Program-made: the position numbers and the translations under genes
Notes under the pieces: model-generated
Databases searched by the model: none
Told to the model about the DNA's origin: nothing
Seen by the model: the letters and a program-made list of their open reading frames with translations, nothing else
Part shown: positions 19,439-30,100 of the stretch, in pieces
How positions within the stretch are numbered: position 1 is the first letter of the stretch
Layout: every line of letters starts with the position of its first letter
NCBI GenBank assembly: GCA_963704725.1
Contig: OY969934.1
Coordinates: 384,001-448,000, forward strand
Reading direction: 5' to 3'
Length of the DNA stretch: 64,000 nucleotides
DNA from: an uncultured Actinomycetes bacterium
GTDB taxonomy: Bacteria > Actinomycetota > UBA4738 > HRBIN12

Positions 19439-20629
19439 GTGGACACCCAAGAACGCGCTCAGTTCACCGCCGCGGGGGAGCACTGGATGGTGCGAGGCGG
19501 CGGCGTCGACATCGAGGTCGTCTCCCCGCGGGGTCTGCGGACCGAGGAGATGATCCTCAACATCGGGCCGCAGCATCCCTCGACGCACGGCGTGCTGCGG
19601 ATCGTGCTCGAGCTCGACGGCGAGGTGATCACCCGCGCGGAGCCGGTGATCGGGTACATGCACCGGGCCGCCGAGAAGCTCGCCGAGCACCGCGACGCCC
19701 GGCAGGCCATGGTCCTGATGAACCGGCACGACTGGCTGTCGGCGTTCAACAACGAGCTGGGCTTCATCCTGGCGGTGGAGCGGCTCGCCGGCATCGAGGT
19801 CCCGGAGCGCGCCCGATGGATCCGCACGATGCTCGCCGAGTGGAACCGGGTCCTCAGCCACCTGATGTTCCTGGGGTCCTATCCGCTCGAGCTCGGCGCG
19901 ATGACGCCGATCTTCTACGCGTTCATCGAGCGCGAGATGATCCAGGCCCTCATGGAGTCCGCCACCGGCGCGCGGATGCACTTCTCCTACATCCGTCCGG
20001 GCGGGTTGAAGGACGACCTGCCCCGTGGGTGGCTGCGGCAATCGGCCGAGGTCCTCACGCACGTCCGCAAGAAGCTCAGGGACTTCGAGAACCTGGTGAT
20101 GGGCAACGAGATCGTGTACGGGCGCACCAAGAACGTCGGGGTCCTGCCCGCCGAGACCGCGATCGCGTTCGGGTGCTCTGGTCCGGTGCTGCAGGCGTCG
20201 GGCGTCCCGATGGATCCGCGCAAGGACGAGCCGTACGAGAAGTACGACGAGGTGGAGTTCGACGTCCCCGTCGGCTCCCGCGGCGATTCCTACGACCGCC
20301 TGTGGGTGCTGGCCCAGCGGATGCAGCAGTCGTGCAACATCGTCGAGCAGTGCATGGACAAGCTCCCGCCCGGCGACTACGTCGCGCCGAAGCTCCCCAA
20401 GACCATCAAGCTCGACGGCGAGGTCTACGTCCGCACCGAGAACCCGCTCGGGCTCATGGCGTACTACCTCGTCGGCGACGGCAAGCCCGAGCCCTACCGG
20501 CTCAAGATGCGGACCGCGTCGTTCTCCAACGTGTCCGTACTGCCCGCCATGCTCCCGGGGACGCTCGTCCCGGATCTCATCGCGATCCTCGGCTCGGTCT
20601 TCTTCGTCGTCGGCGACGTGGACCGGTAG
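19439..20629 (+). CDS. nuoD: NADH-quinone oxidoreductase subunit D-like protein (stand-alone)
   Basis: NIGPQHPSTHGVLR, GYMHR..EKL, C-terminal GDVDR; no other nuo genes adjacent. Confidence 0.88.
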   Translation: MDTQERAQFTAAGEHWMVRGGGVDIEVVSPRGLRTEEMILNIGPQHPSTHGVLRIVLELDGEVITRAEPVIGYMHRAAEKLAEHRDARQAMVLMNRHDWLSAFNNELGFILAVERLAGIEVPERARWIRTMLAEWNRVLSHLMFLGSYPLELGAMTPIFYAFIEREMIQALMESATGARMHFSYIRPGGLKDDLPRGWLRQSAEVLTHVRKKLRDFENLVMGNEIVYGRTKNVGVLPAETAIAFGCSGPVLQASGVPMDPRKDEPYEKYDEVEFDVPVGSRGDSYDRLWVLAQRMQQSCNIVEQCMDKLPPGDYVAPKLPKTIKLDGEVYVRTENPLGLMAYYLVGDGKPEPYRLKMRTASFSNVSVLPAMLPGTLVPDLIAILGSVFFVVGDVDR

Positions 20630-20707
20630 CGCCGCGAGCTTGCGGCCGCATCCCGGCGAGCACCCCGACCAGGCGCGCGAAGGCGGCGACGCGCGCCAAA
20701 CGTAGGC

Positions 20708-22165
20708 CTACCGCTGGCGGTTGAACCAGACGCCGCCGGGGCCGTAGTAGCTGGTGCCCTCGCCCCAGACCCCGATCGTCTTGCCGGTGCTCGTGATCGC
20801 GATCTCGCCGTAGTCGCCGTAGAACTCCGTGAACCCACGGCGGTCGATGTAGTCGGTGCCGGAGGTCGCGTCGGAGATCTTGACGGGCGTGCTCCACGTG
20901 GCGCCGAGATCGTCGGTGGTCGTGTACCAGACGTTCCACCGGCCGGTGCGCTGGTCCGCGAACCACAGGCGCGCCTCGTCGTCGCCGAGCCCCACGGCCG
21001 CCGGGAACGCCGCGTTCACGCCGGGCCGCGAGATCGCCACGCGCTCGCTCCACGTGAGGCCGCCGTCGACCGACGACCGCGCGTACACGGTCTGCGGCCC
21101 GAACGGCTCGGACGCGCCGTTGTAGACGAAGACGAGGTCGCCGCCCTCGTCCGCCGCGAGCACAGGGCCGCTGTCGTAGAAGTCGCCGTAGCACGATCGG
21201 GACGTGCACCGCGATCCGAGCTCGAGCTCGTCCACGACGAGGTCGGTCCAGGTCGCGCCGGCGTCGTCGGAGGCGATCAGGTGGACGTCCATCACGCCCT
21301 CGGCCGAGTCGCCCGGCCCCGTGTACGTGAAGCTGATGTGCGAGAAGACGACGCGGCCGCTCGGGAGGACGACGCCGCCGTAGTCGTAGTAGTAGCGGCC
21401 GCCGGTCGTCACGACCGAGGTGGACCACGTGACGCCCCCGTCGTGCGAAACGGCGGCGTGCACGTCCCCGTGGGTCGGGCCGTTGAACAGGACGTACACG
21501 CTCGATCCGTCGGGGCTGAGGGCCAGGTTCGGCTTGTCGCCCCAGTTCACGTCGGGATGGATCGGGACCGGGTCCGACCACGTCCGCCCGTGGTCCGACG
21601 AGGTGGAGAAGACGATCTGGAAGTTGTTCATCCACACGGCGTCGACCGCGCCGGTGTCGGGGACGACCTCGATCAGCGGATCGAACTGCCCCTTCACACC
21701 CCGGCAGGTGCACAGGAAGCGCTCGAGGCCCCACCTCCGACCGCCGTCCGAGGAGACGTGCAGGATCATCGCCGGGTCGGGGCAGTGGCGGCAGGCGGAC
21801 TCGCCGTACCGGTTGTGCAGGATGTAGACGTAGGGAGCGTTCGGGTCTGCGGCGACCGCGGGCTCCCAGTCGTCCGCCGTCTCGTTCACGATGCGCTCGC
21901 CGGCCCACCCCGGCGCCGGCGTACGTCGGACCCGTTCGGTCACGCCCAGCGTCCCCGCCGCGCGGGCCGACTCGAGCGCCTCCAGGCGTTGCTCCGTCCC
22001 CTCCTGCTGCTCCGCGATCTCGGCCGCGAGCCCCTCGTCGACCTCCTCCGGAGCCCGGGCCCGGGGGTGGGCGGCTCCCCCGTCGCCGCCGGTGCACGCC
22101 GCGGCCAGCAACGAAATCGCGGCGAAGACGACGAGGACCAGGAACGGCGTTCGGCGGTTGTGCAT
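20708..22165 (-). CDS. Lipoprotein with BNR/Asp-box repeats (sialidase-like beta-propeller)
   Basis: Lipobox-like LAAAC; repeated SxDGGxTW boxes; GDYGEI. Confidence 0.8.
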   Translation of the reverse strand: MHNRRTPFLVLVVFAAISLLAAACTGGDGGAAHPRARAPEEVDEGLAAEIAEQQEGTEQRLEALESARAAGTLGVTERVRRTPAPGWAGERIVNETADDWEPAVAADPNAPYVYILHNRYGESACRHCPDPAMILHVSSDGGRRWGLERFLCTCRGVKGQFDPLIEVVPDTGAVDAVWMNNFQIVFSTSSDHGRTWSDPVPIHPDVNWGDKPNLALSPDGSSVYVLFNGPTHGDVHAAVSHDGGVTWSTSVVTTGGRYYYDYGGVVLPSGRVVFSHISFTYTGPGDSAEGVMDVHLIASDDAGATWTDLVVDELELGSRCTSRSCYGDFYDSGPVLAADEGGDLVFVYNGASEPFGPQTVYARSSVDGGLTWSERVAISRPGVNAAFPAAVGLGDDEARLWFADQRTGRWNVWYTTTDDLGATWSTPVKISDATSGTDYIDRRGFTEFYGDYGEIAITSTGKTIGVWGEGTSYYGPGGVWFNRQR

Positions 22166-22219
22166 CGAGAACCCTCCGATCGGGCGGCGCCCGACCCTAT
22201 CCCGGCCCTGAACGAGGGG

Positions 22220-23302
22220 TCAATCGAGCGTCCGGGCGCGCGTCAGCCACCCCGGCTCGGGGAGGCCGGGCGTGGCGAGGACCATCCATCGCAGTCGCCC
22301 CAGGGCGGCGGGGTCGACGAGCAGTCTCGCGCGGTTCCGTCCGTCCCAGGCCCGGACGGCGTCGGCGCCCCGACCGCCGCCCAGCAGTTCCGCCTGACGG
22401 TCCCGTTCCCCGCGCAGCCACGCCTCGAGCCCGAGCGCGCGAAGGGCGGAGGACTGCGGCACCGGGCCGAAGGGCACGAGACCGTGCCCGCGCGCACGCG
22501 CCGCCACGGCCCGCAGGTCGACGCCGGCCGTGATGTCGGCCGAGCCGGGATCGGACAGGACGTCCTCGACCAGCCGGTGCTCTCGGTAGCCGTGCACCTC
22601 GCCGGGCGGGAGCGTGTCCGAGCCGTAGTCGATCAGGAGGGCGTACCCGGTCCGGATCAAGGAGGCCAGCTCGTCCACGAAGGCGATCGCGCCGGTGGGC
22701 ACGGCGGCGTCGGCACCGGGCTCGAGCGGCGGCGCGATCGAGCGGAGCTCCTCATCGCACGGCGCGGCGACCTCCACGAGCCGGCCGTCCTCGACCCCCA
22801 CCCGCACCTCCCACAGCCCGCTCTCGGCGGCCCGGACCCGCCGGAACGGGAGGTTGTCGAGCAGCTCGTTCGCGACGAGCAGGCCGGGGTCGAGCGGCTC
22901 GAGGTCCGAGATGCCCTCGACGGCCCGCAGGCCGAGCTCCCCGAGCGCCGCCCTTGCCCCTGGGCTCGACTCCACGGCGGTGTACTCGAGCTCGATCCCG
23001 GCTCGCGCGAACCCTTCCACGAGCTCGCGGGCCATGGTGCCGTCGCCGGCCCCGGGCTCCACGAGCCGCAGAGGGACGGGTCGCTCCAGGCCATTCCACA
23101 GCTCCTCGAGCGCCGCCCCGACCAGTCCGGAGAAGACGGGATGGACGTGCGGGCTCGTGACGAAGTGTCCCCGTTCTCCGACGGGGGTGCCCTCGTAGAA
23201 GCCCCCGACGCCGTAGAGGGCTTCGCGCATGAATTCGGCGAACGTGATGGGGCCGCGGTCGCGGACGAGCCGTCGGATCCGCTCGGCGACCTCCTCGCTC
23301 AT
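22220..23302 (-). CDS. MidA/NDUFAF7-family SAM-dependent methyltransferase (DUF185)
   Basis: GPITFAEFM..ALY...GFY, HFVTSP, EPGAGDG, ANELLDNLP, IDYG, PG.ADITA.VD. Confidence 0.88.
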   Translation of the reverse strand: MSEEVAERIRRLVRDRGPITFAEFMREALYGVGGFYEGTPVGERGHFVTSPHVHPVFSGLVGAALEELWNGLERPVPLRLVEPGAGDGTMARELVEGFARAGIELEYTAVESSPGARAALGELGLRAVEGISDLEPLDPGLLVANELLDNLPFRRVRAAESGLWEVRVGVEDGRLVEVAAPCDEELRSIAPPLEPGADAAVPTGAIAFVDELASLIRTGYALLIDYGSDTLPPGEVHGYREHRLVEDVLSDPGSADITAGVDLRAVAARARGHGLVPFGPVPQSSALRALGLEAWLRGERDRQAELLGGGRGADAVRAWDGRNRARLLVDPAALGRLRWMVLATPGLPEPGWLTRARTLD

Positions 23303-23364
23303 GCCGGACAGCGTAGAGCGGGGGCGCGTGTCGCTCGCCACGGCGGCCTGCGAGGATGCGCCGC

Positions 23365-24006
23365 ATGAGCGAGGAGATCCGCCGTGCGGCATCCGTGATC
23401 GTGGGCCGCGACGGCGAGCGGGGCCTCGAGGTGCTGGTGCTCGAGCGCGGCGGGGGGAGCCGGTTCCTCCCCGGGTACGTCGCGTTCCCCGGCGGCTCGA
23501 CGGACGAGGGCGACACCGGGCTCGCGGAGCTGTGGTTCGGCGACCCGGGGGAGGCGTCCCGGGCCTGCGCCGTCCGCGAGCTCCTGGAGGAGGTGGGAGT
23601 GGCGCTCACCGCCGACGGGCTCGCCGAGGCGGCCGGCCGGTCCCTCGAGGCGCTCGCCTCCTCGCCGCCTCGGGTGGAGCAGCTTCCGGAGATCGTCCAC
23701 TGGGTGGCTCCGCCCCGGGTCCCCGTGCGCTTCGACGCGCGGTACTTCGCGACGCGGGCGGTCGACGGGCTCCGCCTCGTCCCCGACGGAGGGGAGACGG
23801 CCGACGCGTGGTGGGCCTCCCCGGGCGAGCTCCTCGAGGACTGGAGCGCCAAGCGGCGGAACCTCTACTGGCCGACCTACTTCACGATGCGTGCCCTCGC
23901 GCCCTGCGGCGACGTGGCCGAGCTGCTCGCGCTCCGCGTCGATCCGCGTGAGCCCGACGAGGCCGAGCTCGAGCGGCTCCCGCGCGCGACCTTCTGGCAG
24001 GACTGA
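23365..24006 (+). CDS. NUDIX hydrolase
   Basis: FPGG...AVRELLEEVG Nudix box; RFDARYF. Confidence 0.85.
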   Translation: MSEEIRRAASVIVGRDGERGLEVLVLERGGGSRFLPGYVAFPGGSTDEGDTGLAELWFGDPGEASRACAVRELLEEVGVALTADGLAEAAGRSLEALASSPPRVEQLPEIVHWVAPPRVPVRFDARYFATRAVDGLRLVPDGGETADAWWASPGELLEDWSAKRRNLYWPTYFTMRALAPCGDVAELLALRVDPREPDEAELERLPRATFWQD

Positions 24007-24008
24007 GC

Positions 24009-24872
24009 GTGCGCATCGTCCGCGTCCTCGCTCCCAACCCGGGGATCCGCGAGCTCGAGGGCACGAACACGTACGTCGTCGGCGAGGCGCCCGCGATCGT
24101 GATCGATCCCGGCCCCGAGGACGAGGGGCATCTGCGGGAGGTGGCCTCGACCGCCGGGCGGGTGGGCGTGATCCTGCTCACCCACGACCACTCCGACCAC
24201 GCGCCCGGCGCCGTCCGGCTGGCCGAGACGACCGGCGCCCCCGTCCGGGCGCTCCGGCCACCGCGGGGCGGCGAGCGGCTCCGAGACGGTGAGCTCGTCT
24301 CCTCGGGCGGCGCGACGCTGCAGACGGTCGCCACGCCCGGACACGCCCCCGACCATGCCGCGTTCTGGGCGGCGACGGACCGAGCCCTGTTCACCGGGGA
24401 CGCGGTGCTCGGGCGGGGCACGAGCGTGATCGATCCGCCCGAGGGCGACCTGGTCGTCTACCTGCGGTCGCTCCGCCGGATGCGTGATCTCGCGCCGGCG
24501 ACGATCTACCCGGGGCACGGCCCGGTGGCGGTGCGCGGGACGGCCAAGCTCGACGAGTACCTCGAGCATCGAGCGATGCGCGAGCGGCAGGTCCTCGAGG
24601 CTCTCGGCAAGCAGGCGCGGACGACCGAGGAGCTCGTCGCGACGATCTACGCGGAGTACCCGCAGGAGGTCCACGCCCTCGCCGCGCGCTCCGTCCTGGC
24701 CCATCTCCTCAAGCTCGACGCCGAGGGCGCGGTCGAGCGGACGACGAAGCAGGGCGTGACCCGATACCGGCGGAGCGAGCCGCGGACGTGCGCCCGGTGC
24801 GGCCGGCCGGTCCGGGGGAAGGCGCGGCTGTGCGGCTCGTGCAGCCTGGCAACGCTGCAGGAATCTGGCTAA
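24009..24872 (+). CDS. MBL-fold metallo-hydrolase with winged-helix and Cys-rich tail
   Basis: THDHSDH, TPGH, FTGD, YPGHG; C-terminal CARC...CGSC. Confidence 0.88.
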   Translation: MRIVRVLAPNPGIRELEGTNTYVVGEAPAIVIDPGPEDEGHLREVASTAGRVGVILLTHDHSDHAPGAVRLAETTGAPVRALRPPRGGERLRDGELVSSGGATLQTVATPGHAPDHAAFWAATDRALFTGDAVLGRGTSVIDPPEGDLVVYLRSLRRMRDLAPATIYPGHGPVAVRGTAKLDEYLEHRAMRERQVLEALGKQARTTEELVATIYAEYPQEVHALAARSVLAHLLKLDAEGAVERTTKQGVTRYRRSEPRTCARCGRPVRGKARLCGSCSLATLQESG

Positions 24873-25615
24873 GACGCGCGTTCCCAGACGGAGATGTGCT
24901 TGGAGCCGGCGCTCGTGAACGGCGAGCGGTCCCAGTCGGCCCACCGCTCGCGCAGGCGGAGGCCGGCGATCCGCGCCATCAGGTCGAGCTCGGAGACGTA
25001 CGCGTACCGGATCCTGACCGGATACAGATGGACGCCGTCCTCGCGGATCAGGATCTGCTGGCTGTCGGTGCGCTGCGTGATCGCTTCGCTGGTCGTGACC
25101 TCGAGGCGGACGGCGTCGGGCCGGACCTCCAGCGCCCCGACCCGCTGGCCGCGATCGAAGCGCGTGGGGTCGGGAACGAACGCCTCCATCACGAAGACGC
25201 CGTCCGGGGTGAGGTGCCGCGCCACGGTCTCGAAGCACCCGACCTGGTCGTCCTGGGTGAGCAGCGCGAAGAACGTGTTGAACGCCACGTAGACGAGCCG
25301 GTATCGCGTCTCGAGCTCGAACGAGCGGAAGTCCGCGACCGTGACCGGGAGGCGCTCGCCTCCCTGCTTGGCACGGAGCCGGCCGACCATGGCCTCGGAC
25401 GCGTCGATGCCGTGGACCTCGACGCCGGCCGCCTGCAGCGGGAGCGCGATCCTGCCCGTGCCGATACCGAGCTCCAGCGCCGGTCCCAACCCCGCCAGCT
25501 CGCGCAGGAACGCCGCAACCACCGAGGGGTCGCCGAGCGCGGACGATTCCCCGTACCACTCGTCGTACACGTCCGCGATCCGGTCGCCGTACGTCGACGG
25601 CTCGAAATCGTCCAC
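24869..25615 (-). CDS. Class I SAM-dependent methyltransferase
   Basis: LELGIGTGR, GIDAS, ELDLMARIAGL. Confidence 0.85.
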   Translation of the reverse strand: MDDFEPSTYGDRIADVYDEWYGESSALGDPSVVAAFLRELAGLGPALELGIGTGRIALPLQAAGVEVHGIDASEAMVGRLRAKQGGERLPVTVADFRSFELETRYRLVYVAFNTFFALLTQDDQVGCFETVARHLTPDGVFVMEAFVPDPTRFDRGQRVGALEVRPDAVRLEVTTSEAITQRTDSQQILIREDGVHLYPVRIRYAYVSELDLMARIAGLRLRERWADWDRSPFTSAGSKHISVWERAS

Positions 25616-25647
25616 CCCGGCAGCGTGACGGGACGGCGCGCGAGGTG

Positions 25648-26277
25648 TCAACGCGGCGTGGCGGCCTCCAGGGCGGCCGGATCGGGGATGGTCACGACTC
25701 GGGCCTCCGTGCGGACCAGGCCGCGCGCGGCGAGGCGGCCCAGCGTGCGGCTGACCGCTTCGCGCGAGGCGCCCACCATCCGCGCGATCTCGTCCTGCGT
25801 GAGTGGGACCCGGATGCGCACCCCGCCGGGCTCGCGGGAGCCGTGCGTCTCGGCGAGGTCCCGCAGGCGGCTCGACACTCGGGCGGGGAGCGTGCCGACG
25901 AGAGCCTCCTCGAGCGCGCGCGACGTCCGGTGGAGCCGGGCCGCAACCAGGCGCAGAAGCTCCTCGCCGGTGCTCGGGCTGTGCCGCAGGACCTCCCGGA
26001 GGTTCGGGAGCGGCAGCGCCACGAGATCGGTGGGGCCGACGGCCCGCGCCTCGACCGGCGACGGCCGTCCGAGCAGCGAGCTCTCGCCGAACAGATCGCC
26101 GGCGCCCAGCAGGCCCACGACCACGGACCGCCCTTCCGGAGTGACCGACGACAGGCGCACGGCACCCTTCGCGATCAGGAACAGACCGTCGAGCGGATCA
26201 CCCTGCCGGACGACGACGTCGCCGTGGGGGAGCCGGCGGGGCGTTCCCGCGGCCCACACCGCGACCGGAACCCCCAC
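25648..26277 (-). CDS. Crp/Fnr family transcriptional regulator
   Basis: GDLFGE cNMP domain; LTQDEIARMVGASREAVSR HTH; start uncertain. Confidence 0.85.
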   Translation of the reverse strand: MGVPVAVWAAGTPRRLPHGDVVVRQGDPLDGLFLIAKGAVRLSSVTPEGRSVVVGLLGAGDLFGESSLLGRPSPVEARAVGPTDLVALPLPNLREVLRHSPSTGEELLRLVAARLHRTSRALEEALVGTLPARVSSRLRDLAETHGSREPGGVRIRVPLTQDEIARMVGASREAVSRTLGRLAARGLVRTEARVVTIPDPAALEAATPR

Positions 26278-26366
26278 GGGGCGGAACCCTAGCGCCCGCC
26301 TCTGACAGCCCGTGCGGCGGCGGGGTAGGCTCGCCGTGCCGACGGCACCAGGAGAAGGGAGCAGAC

Positions 26367-26789
26367 GTGGCCAAGCGAGAGCGGGACGCGCTGGCACAGG
26401 TGCCGCTGTTCTCAGGCCTGGCGCCCCGGTACGTGAAACGTATCGCCGATCTGACGGAGGAGCAGCGCTTCATGGAGGGCGCTCGCGTCGTCCGCGAGGG
26501 CGACATCGGCGACACGTTCTACGTCATCCTTCAGGGCGAGGCGAAGGTCGTGGGCCCGTCCGGACGGACCCTGAACCGCCTCCGGCCGGGGGACTTCTTC
26601 GGCGAGATCTCGCTGATGGACGGGGGGCCGAGGACCGCGAACGTGGTCGCCGACACGCCGCTCACGATGCTCGCCCTGCCCCGCAAGGCGTTCCTCCAGA
26701 TGATCGAGCTCGAGCCGGCGGTGGGCGTCAAGCTCCTGAGCTACGCCGCGGGGATGCTCCGCCGCGTAGAGCGCTCGGCCGCGCGGTGA
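26367..26789 (+). CDS. Cyclic nucleotide-binding domain protein
   Basis: VPLFSGL, GDFFGEISL, PRTANV. Confidence 0.88.
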   Translation: MAKRERDALAQVPLFSGLAPRYVKRIADLTEEQRFMEGARVVREGDIGDTFYVILQGEAKVVGPSGRTLNRLRPGDFFGEISLMDGGPRTANVVADTPLTMLALPRKAFLQMIELEPAVGVKLLSYAAGMLRRVERSAAR

Positions 26790-27142
26790 TCCGCGCCGAG
26801 CTCCACCGGCGCGACGATCCCGACACCGTGGTGGCGATCGCCACGTGGAACGACGGGGACCCCCGGGTCGAACCCACGGGCGACGAGGTCGAGGGCCTCG
26901 ACACGATCCTGCGTGCGACGCCGGTGGTGGTCGACGACGCGTCGCTGCGTCCGCTCGGCGCTCACGGGGACGTCGTGCTCGAGCCCGGCTCGCTCGAGTG
27001 GTTCCGCGCGGCGCTGATCCAGCGGGCCGAGCGCTTGGGCCTGGGCGTACGGTTCGTCGCGGACGAGATCCGCAACGGATGGGACCCGGCGGCCAACTAC
27101 CGGACGTTCGGGGAGCAGGCCCGCAGGCTCGCCTCGTCCTGA
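26786..27142 (+). CDS. Hypothetical protein
   Basis: GTGA overlap with the previous gene; host-like codon bias; ends GWDPAANYRTF. Confidence 0.65.
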   Translation: MIRAELHRRDDPDTVVAIATWNDGDPRVEPTGDEVEGLDTILRATPVVVDDASLRPLGAHGDVVLEPGSLEWFRAALIQRAERLGLGVRFVADEIRNGWDPAANYRTFGEQARRLASS

Positions 27143-27146
27143 GCCG

Positions 27147-30100
27147 TCAGTCCCCGTTCGCCTCCACCCACGCCTTCCCGGCGTCGCAGAACGGGCGGAA
27201 GTCGCACCACCGACAAGGCTCGCCCGGCGCCGGCTCGAACGCCCCCGCCGCGATTGACCGGATCCACGTCGCCACGCGGGCGCGGACGGCGTCGGCGTCG
27301 TCGACCGCGTACGAGCGCTCGGCGCCGTTCGACAGGTAGAGGTACGTGAGTCGCAGGTCCTCGGGCCGCTTGCGCCACACATCGATGCAGGCCAGCGCGT
27401 ACACGTCGAGCTGGGTGCGGACGAGCGGGTCGTCGTCGTCGGGGACCCGACCCGTCTTGTAGTCCACGATCTCCCACGGCCCGTCCTCGTCGGCGCCGAA
27501 GATCGCGTCGATCCGACCGGCCACGACGACGCCCTCGATCGGCAGGAGGAACGAGCGTTCCACGAAGCGCGGGACGGCCCCGGCCAGGCGGCTCCGCAGG
27601 AAGGTGGCGCGGAGCTCCTCGATGCGGCCGGGCCGGCCGGCGAGCTCCTCCACGGTGAGGTCCGGCTCCTCCTCGGTCTCGAGCAGCGTGCCCTGGCCGT
27701 GCGAATGGAGCTCGATCCATCGGTGGATCTCGGTGCCGATCCTGGCGGCCGGTCCCGCGAACCTCGGGAGGGGGCGCACCGTGCTCCAGTAGAAGCGCTT
27801 CGGACACCGGCCGTAGTCGACGAGGCCCCCGACGGAGACGGTCGAGGGGACGAAGCCGCGGTCGTCGGCTGTGGCCTCGATCGCCACGAGGTGCGCGGCG
27901 AGCGTGTGGCGCTCCGTGGCGATCGCGGTGAAGCGCTCGCGCTCGGCCGGCGCCAGCTTCTCGACGAGCGAGACCGGCACGGCGCCGAGCTCGACGGCGC
28001 GAGCCGCCTCGCGCCGCCAGCCGTCGACGAACAACGGGTCGGACTCGTCGGGCCGGGCGGGGCCGGGCCAGTCGCGAACGAAGGCCTCGCGGTAGCCGGC
28101 GAGCGGGTTGGTCTCATCGACCTCCGGGCCGCGCTCGACCGTGGCCAGGCCGCTCTCCTCGCCCCACGCCGTGAGCTCCTCGAGGAACGGGCCCGCGGCC
28201 CGGGGCTTCTGCGTGTCGCCGTACCAGTGCGCGCCGGAGACGAACAGGTTGCAACGCGCGCGGGTCAGGGCGACGTAGCAGGTCCGCCGCTCCTCGATCA
28301 CCTCCTGCCTGCGCAGAGCGTCCTTGAACGCCGAGAGGTTGCCGTCGTACGACGGCAGGATCGCGGCGTCGCCTCGGAGCTCGAAGTCGAGGGACCGGGC
28401 GCGCTCCGCGGGGTTGTGCTGGATCCGGTCGTTCGGCAGCAGGCCCTTGGCCAGCCCCGGCACGAACACGGTGTCGAACTCCAGGCCCTTGGCCACGTGG
28501 ATCGTCATCACCTTGACCGAGTCCGCGTCCGAGGGCTGCACCGGCGCCCACTCCTCGCGCTCGCCGGCCTCGACCGTGTCCACGTAGTCGAGGAAGCGCG
28601 GCAGCGTGAGCTCGCCCTCGAGCGGCGAGAACGCGTGGACCTCGTCGAGGAACGCGGCGAGGTTCCGCCGCCGCGACCGGGCGACGTCGCGCTCCGGCGA
28701 TCCCTCGAGCTCGGCGAGCAGGCCGATGCGCCGGATCACCTCGGCCAGGAAGCTCGGCACCGGCCGCCGAGCCTCCTCCCGCAGCTCGGCGAGCTCCAGC
28801 CGGAACTCCTCGAGCCGGGCCAGGCCTTCGTCCGAGAGGCCGACGACCTCGTCGAGGTGCTCGAGCGCCTCGGCCACGAGGAACGGGATCTCCTCGGACA
28901 GGTCCTCGTCCTCGTCGCGCATCTCGTAGGTCTTGCCCTTGGCCCACGCCGCGACGCGGGCGAGGTCCGTGTACCCGACCCGGTATCGGGGGCCGAGCAG
29001 GATCCGGCCGAGCGCGACGCTCTCCAGCGGGCTCGAGACCGCGCGGGCGTACGAGAGCACCTCGACCACCTCGGGCGTCTTGAGGAGCCCGGCCAGGCCG
29101 ACGATCTCCGCCGGCACGTGCCGCTCGGCGAACGCCCGTTGCAGCGAGGGGAAGAGCCTCGACGTGCGGCACAGCACCGCGACCTCGCGCCACGGATGCC
29201 CGCCGTCGTGCAACGCCTGGATCCGGTCGCAGATCGCCTCGGCCTCGGTCACCTCGTCGCGGAGCCGGACCACCTCGACGCGCCCGTCGCCGTTGTCCGG
29301 CCACGGGTCGAGCCTCTTGTGCGGATCGGGGCGCTGGTTGGCGGGCAGCGGCGAGATGAGGGCGTCGGCCGCGGCCAGGATCCGAGAGCCCGAGCGGAAG
29401 TTGGTGTACAGGGGGAGCTTGGGCGCCGGCGACCCGTCCGAGCGGGGGAACCGGCGCGGGAACTCGAGCAGGTTGTACAGGCTCGCGCCACGCCACGCGT
29501 AGATGTTCTGGTCGGGGTCGCCCACCGCGGTGACGGGATGTCCGCCGCCGAACACGTCCTCGAGCAGCCGCGCCTGGGCCACGTTGGTGTCCTGGTACTC
29601 GTCCAGGAGCACGGCCGAGAACCGCTGCCGGTGCTCGGCGCCGATCTCCGGACGGTTGCGGACGATGCGGGCCGCGAGCCCGATCTGGTCGCCGAAGTCG
29701 ATCACCCCGAGCTCGCGCTTCAGCTCGCGGAACAGGGCGACCGCCTTCGCCAGCTCGATCCGCTCCGTCGCGGCCTGGTAGGCGCGGTCCGATCGGTGCG
29801 CCTTGAGCTTGTCGAGGCGGTCCCGGCAGAACTCGACGATCTCCTCGGGCTCGACCAGGTGGTTCTGGGCCTGGTCGGCCAGGTCGAGGATGTTCGCGAC
29901 GATCGAGGGCTGCCACGACGTCGACAGGTGCTCGAACGGCATGCGGTCGAGCACGCGGGAGCAGAGCTCGACGCGCTGGGCCGGTGTGAGCACGCGCTGA
30001 CCCGGCTCGATCCCCTCGAGCATGCCGTGCCGGTCCACGATCTGCTGGGCGAACCCGTGGTAGTTGGTGATCTCCGGCTCCTCGCCCTCCTCGAGCTCGA

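Noticed and set aside
19439-20629. NiFe-hydrogenase large subunit linked to selAB
   Set aside because: It lacks the N- and C-terminal CxxC/UxxC metal ligands and ends in GDVDR like NuoD.
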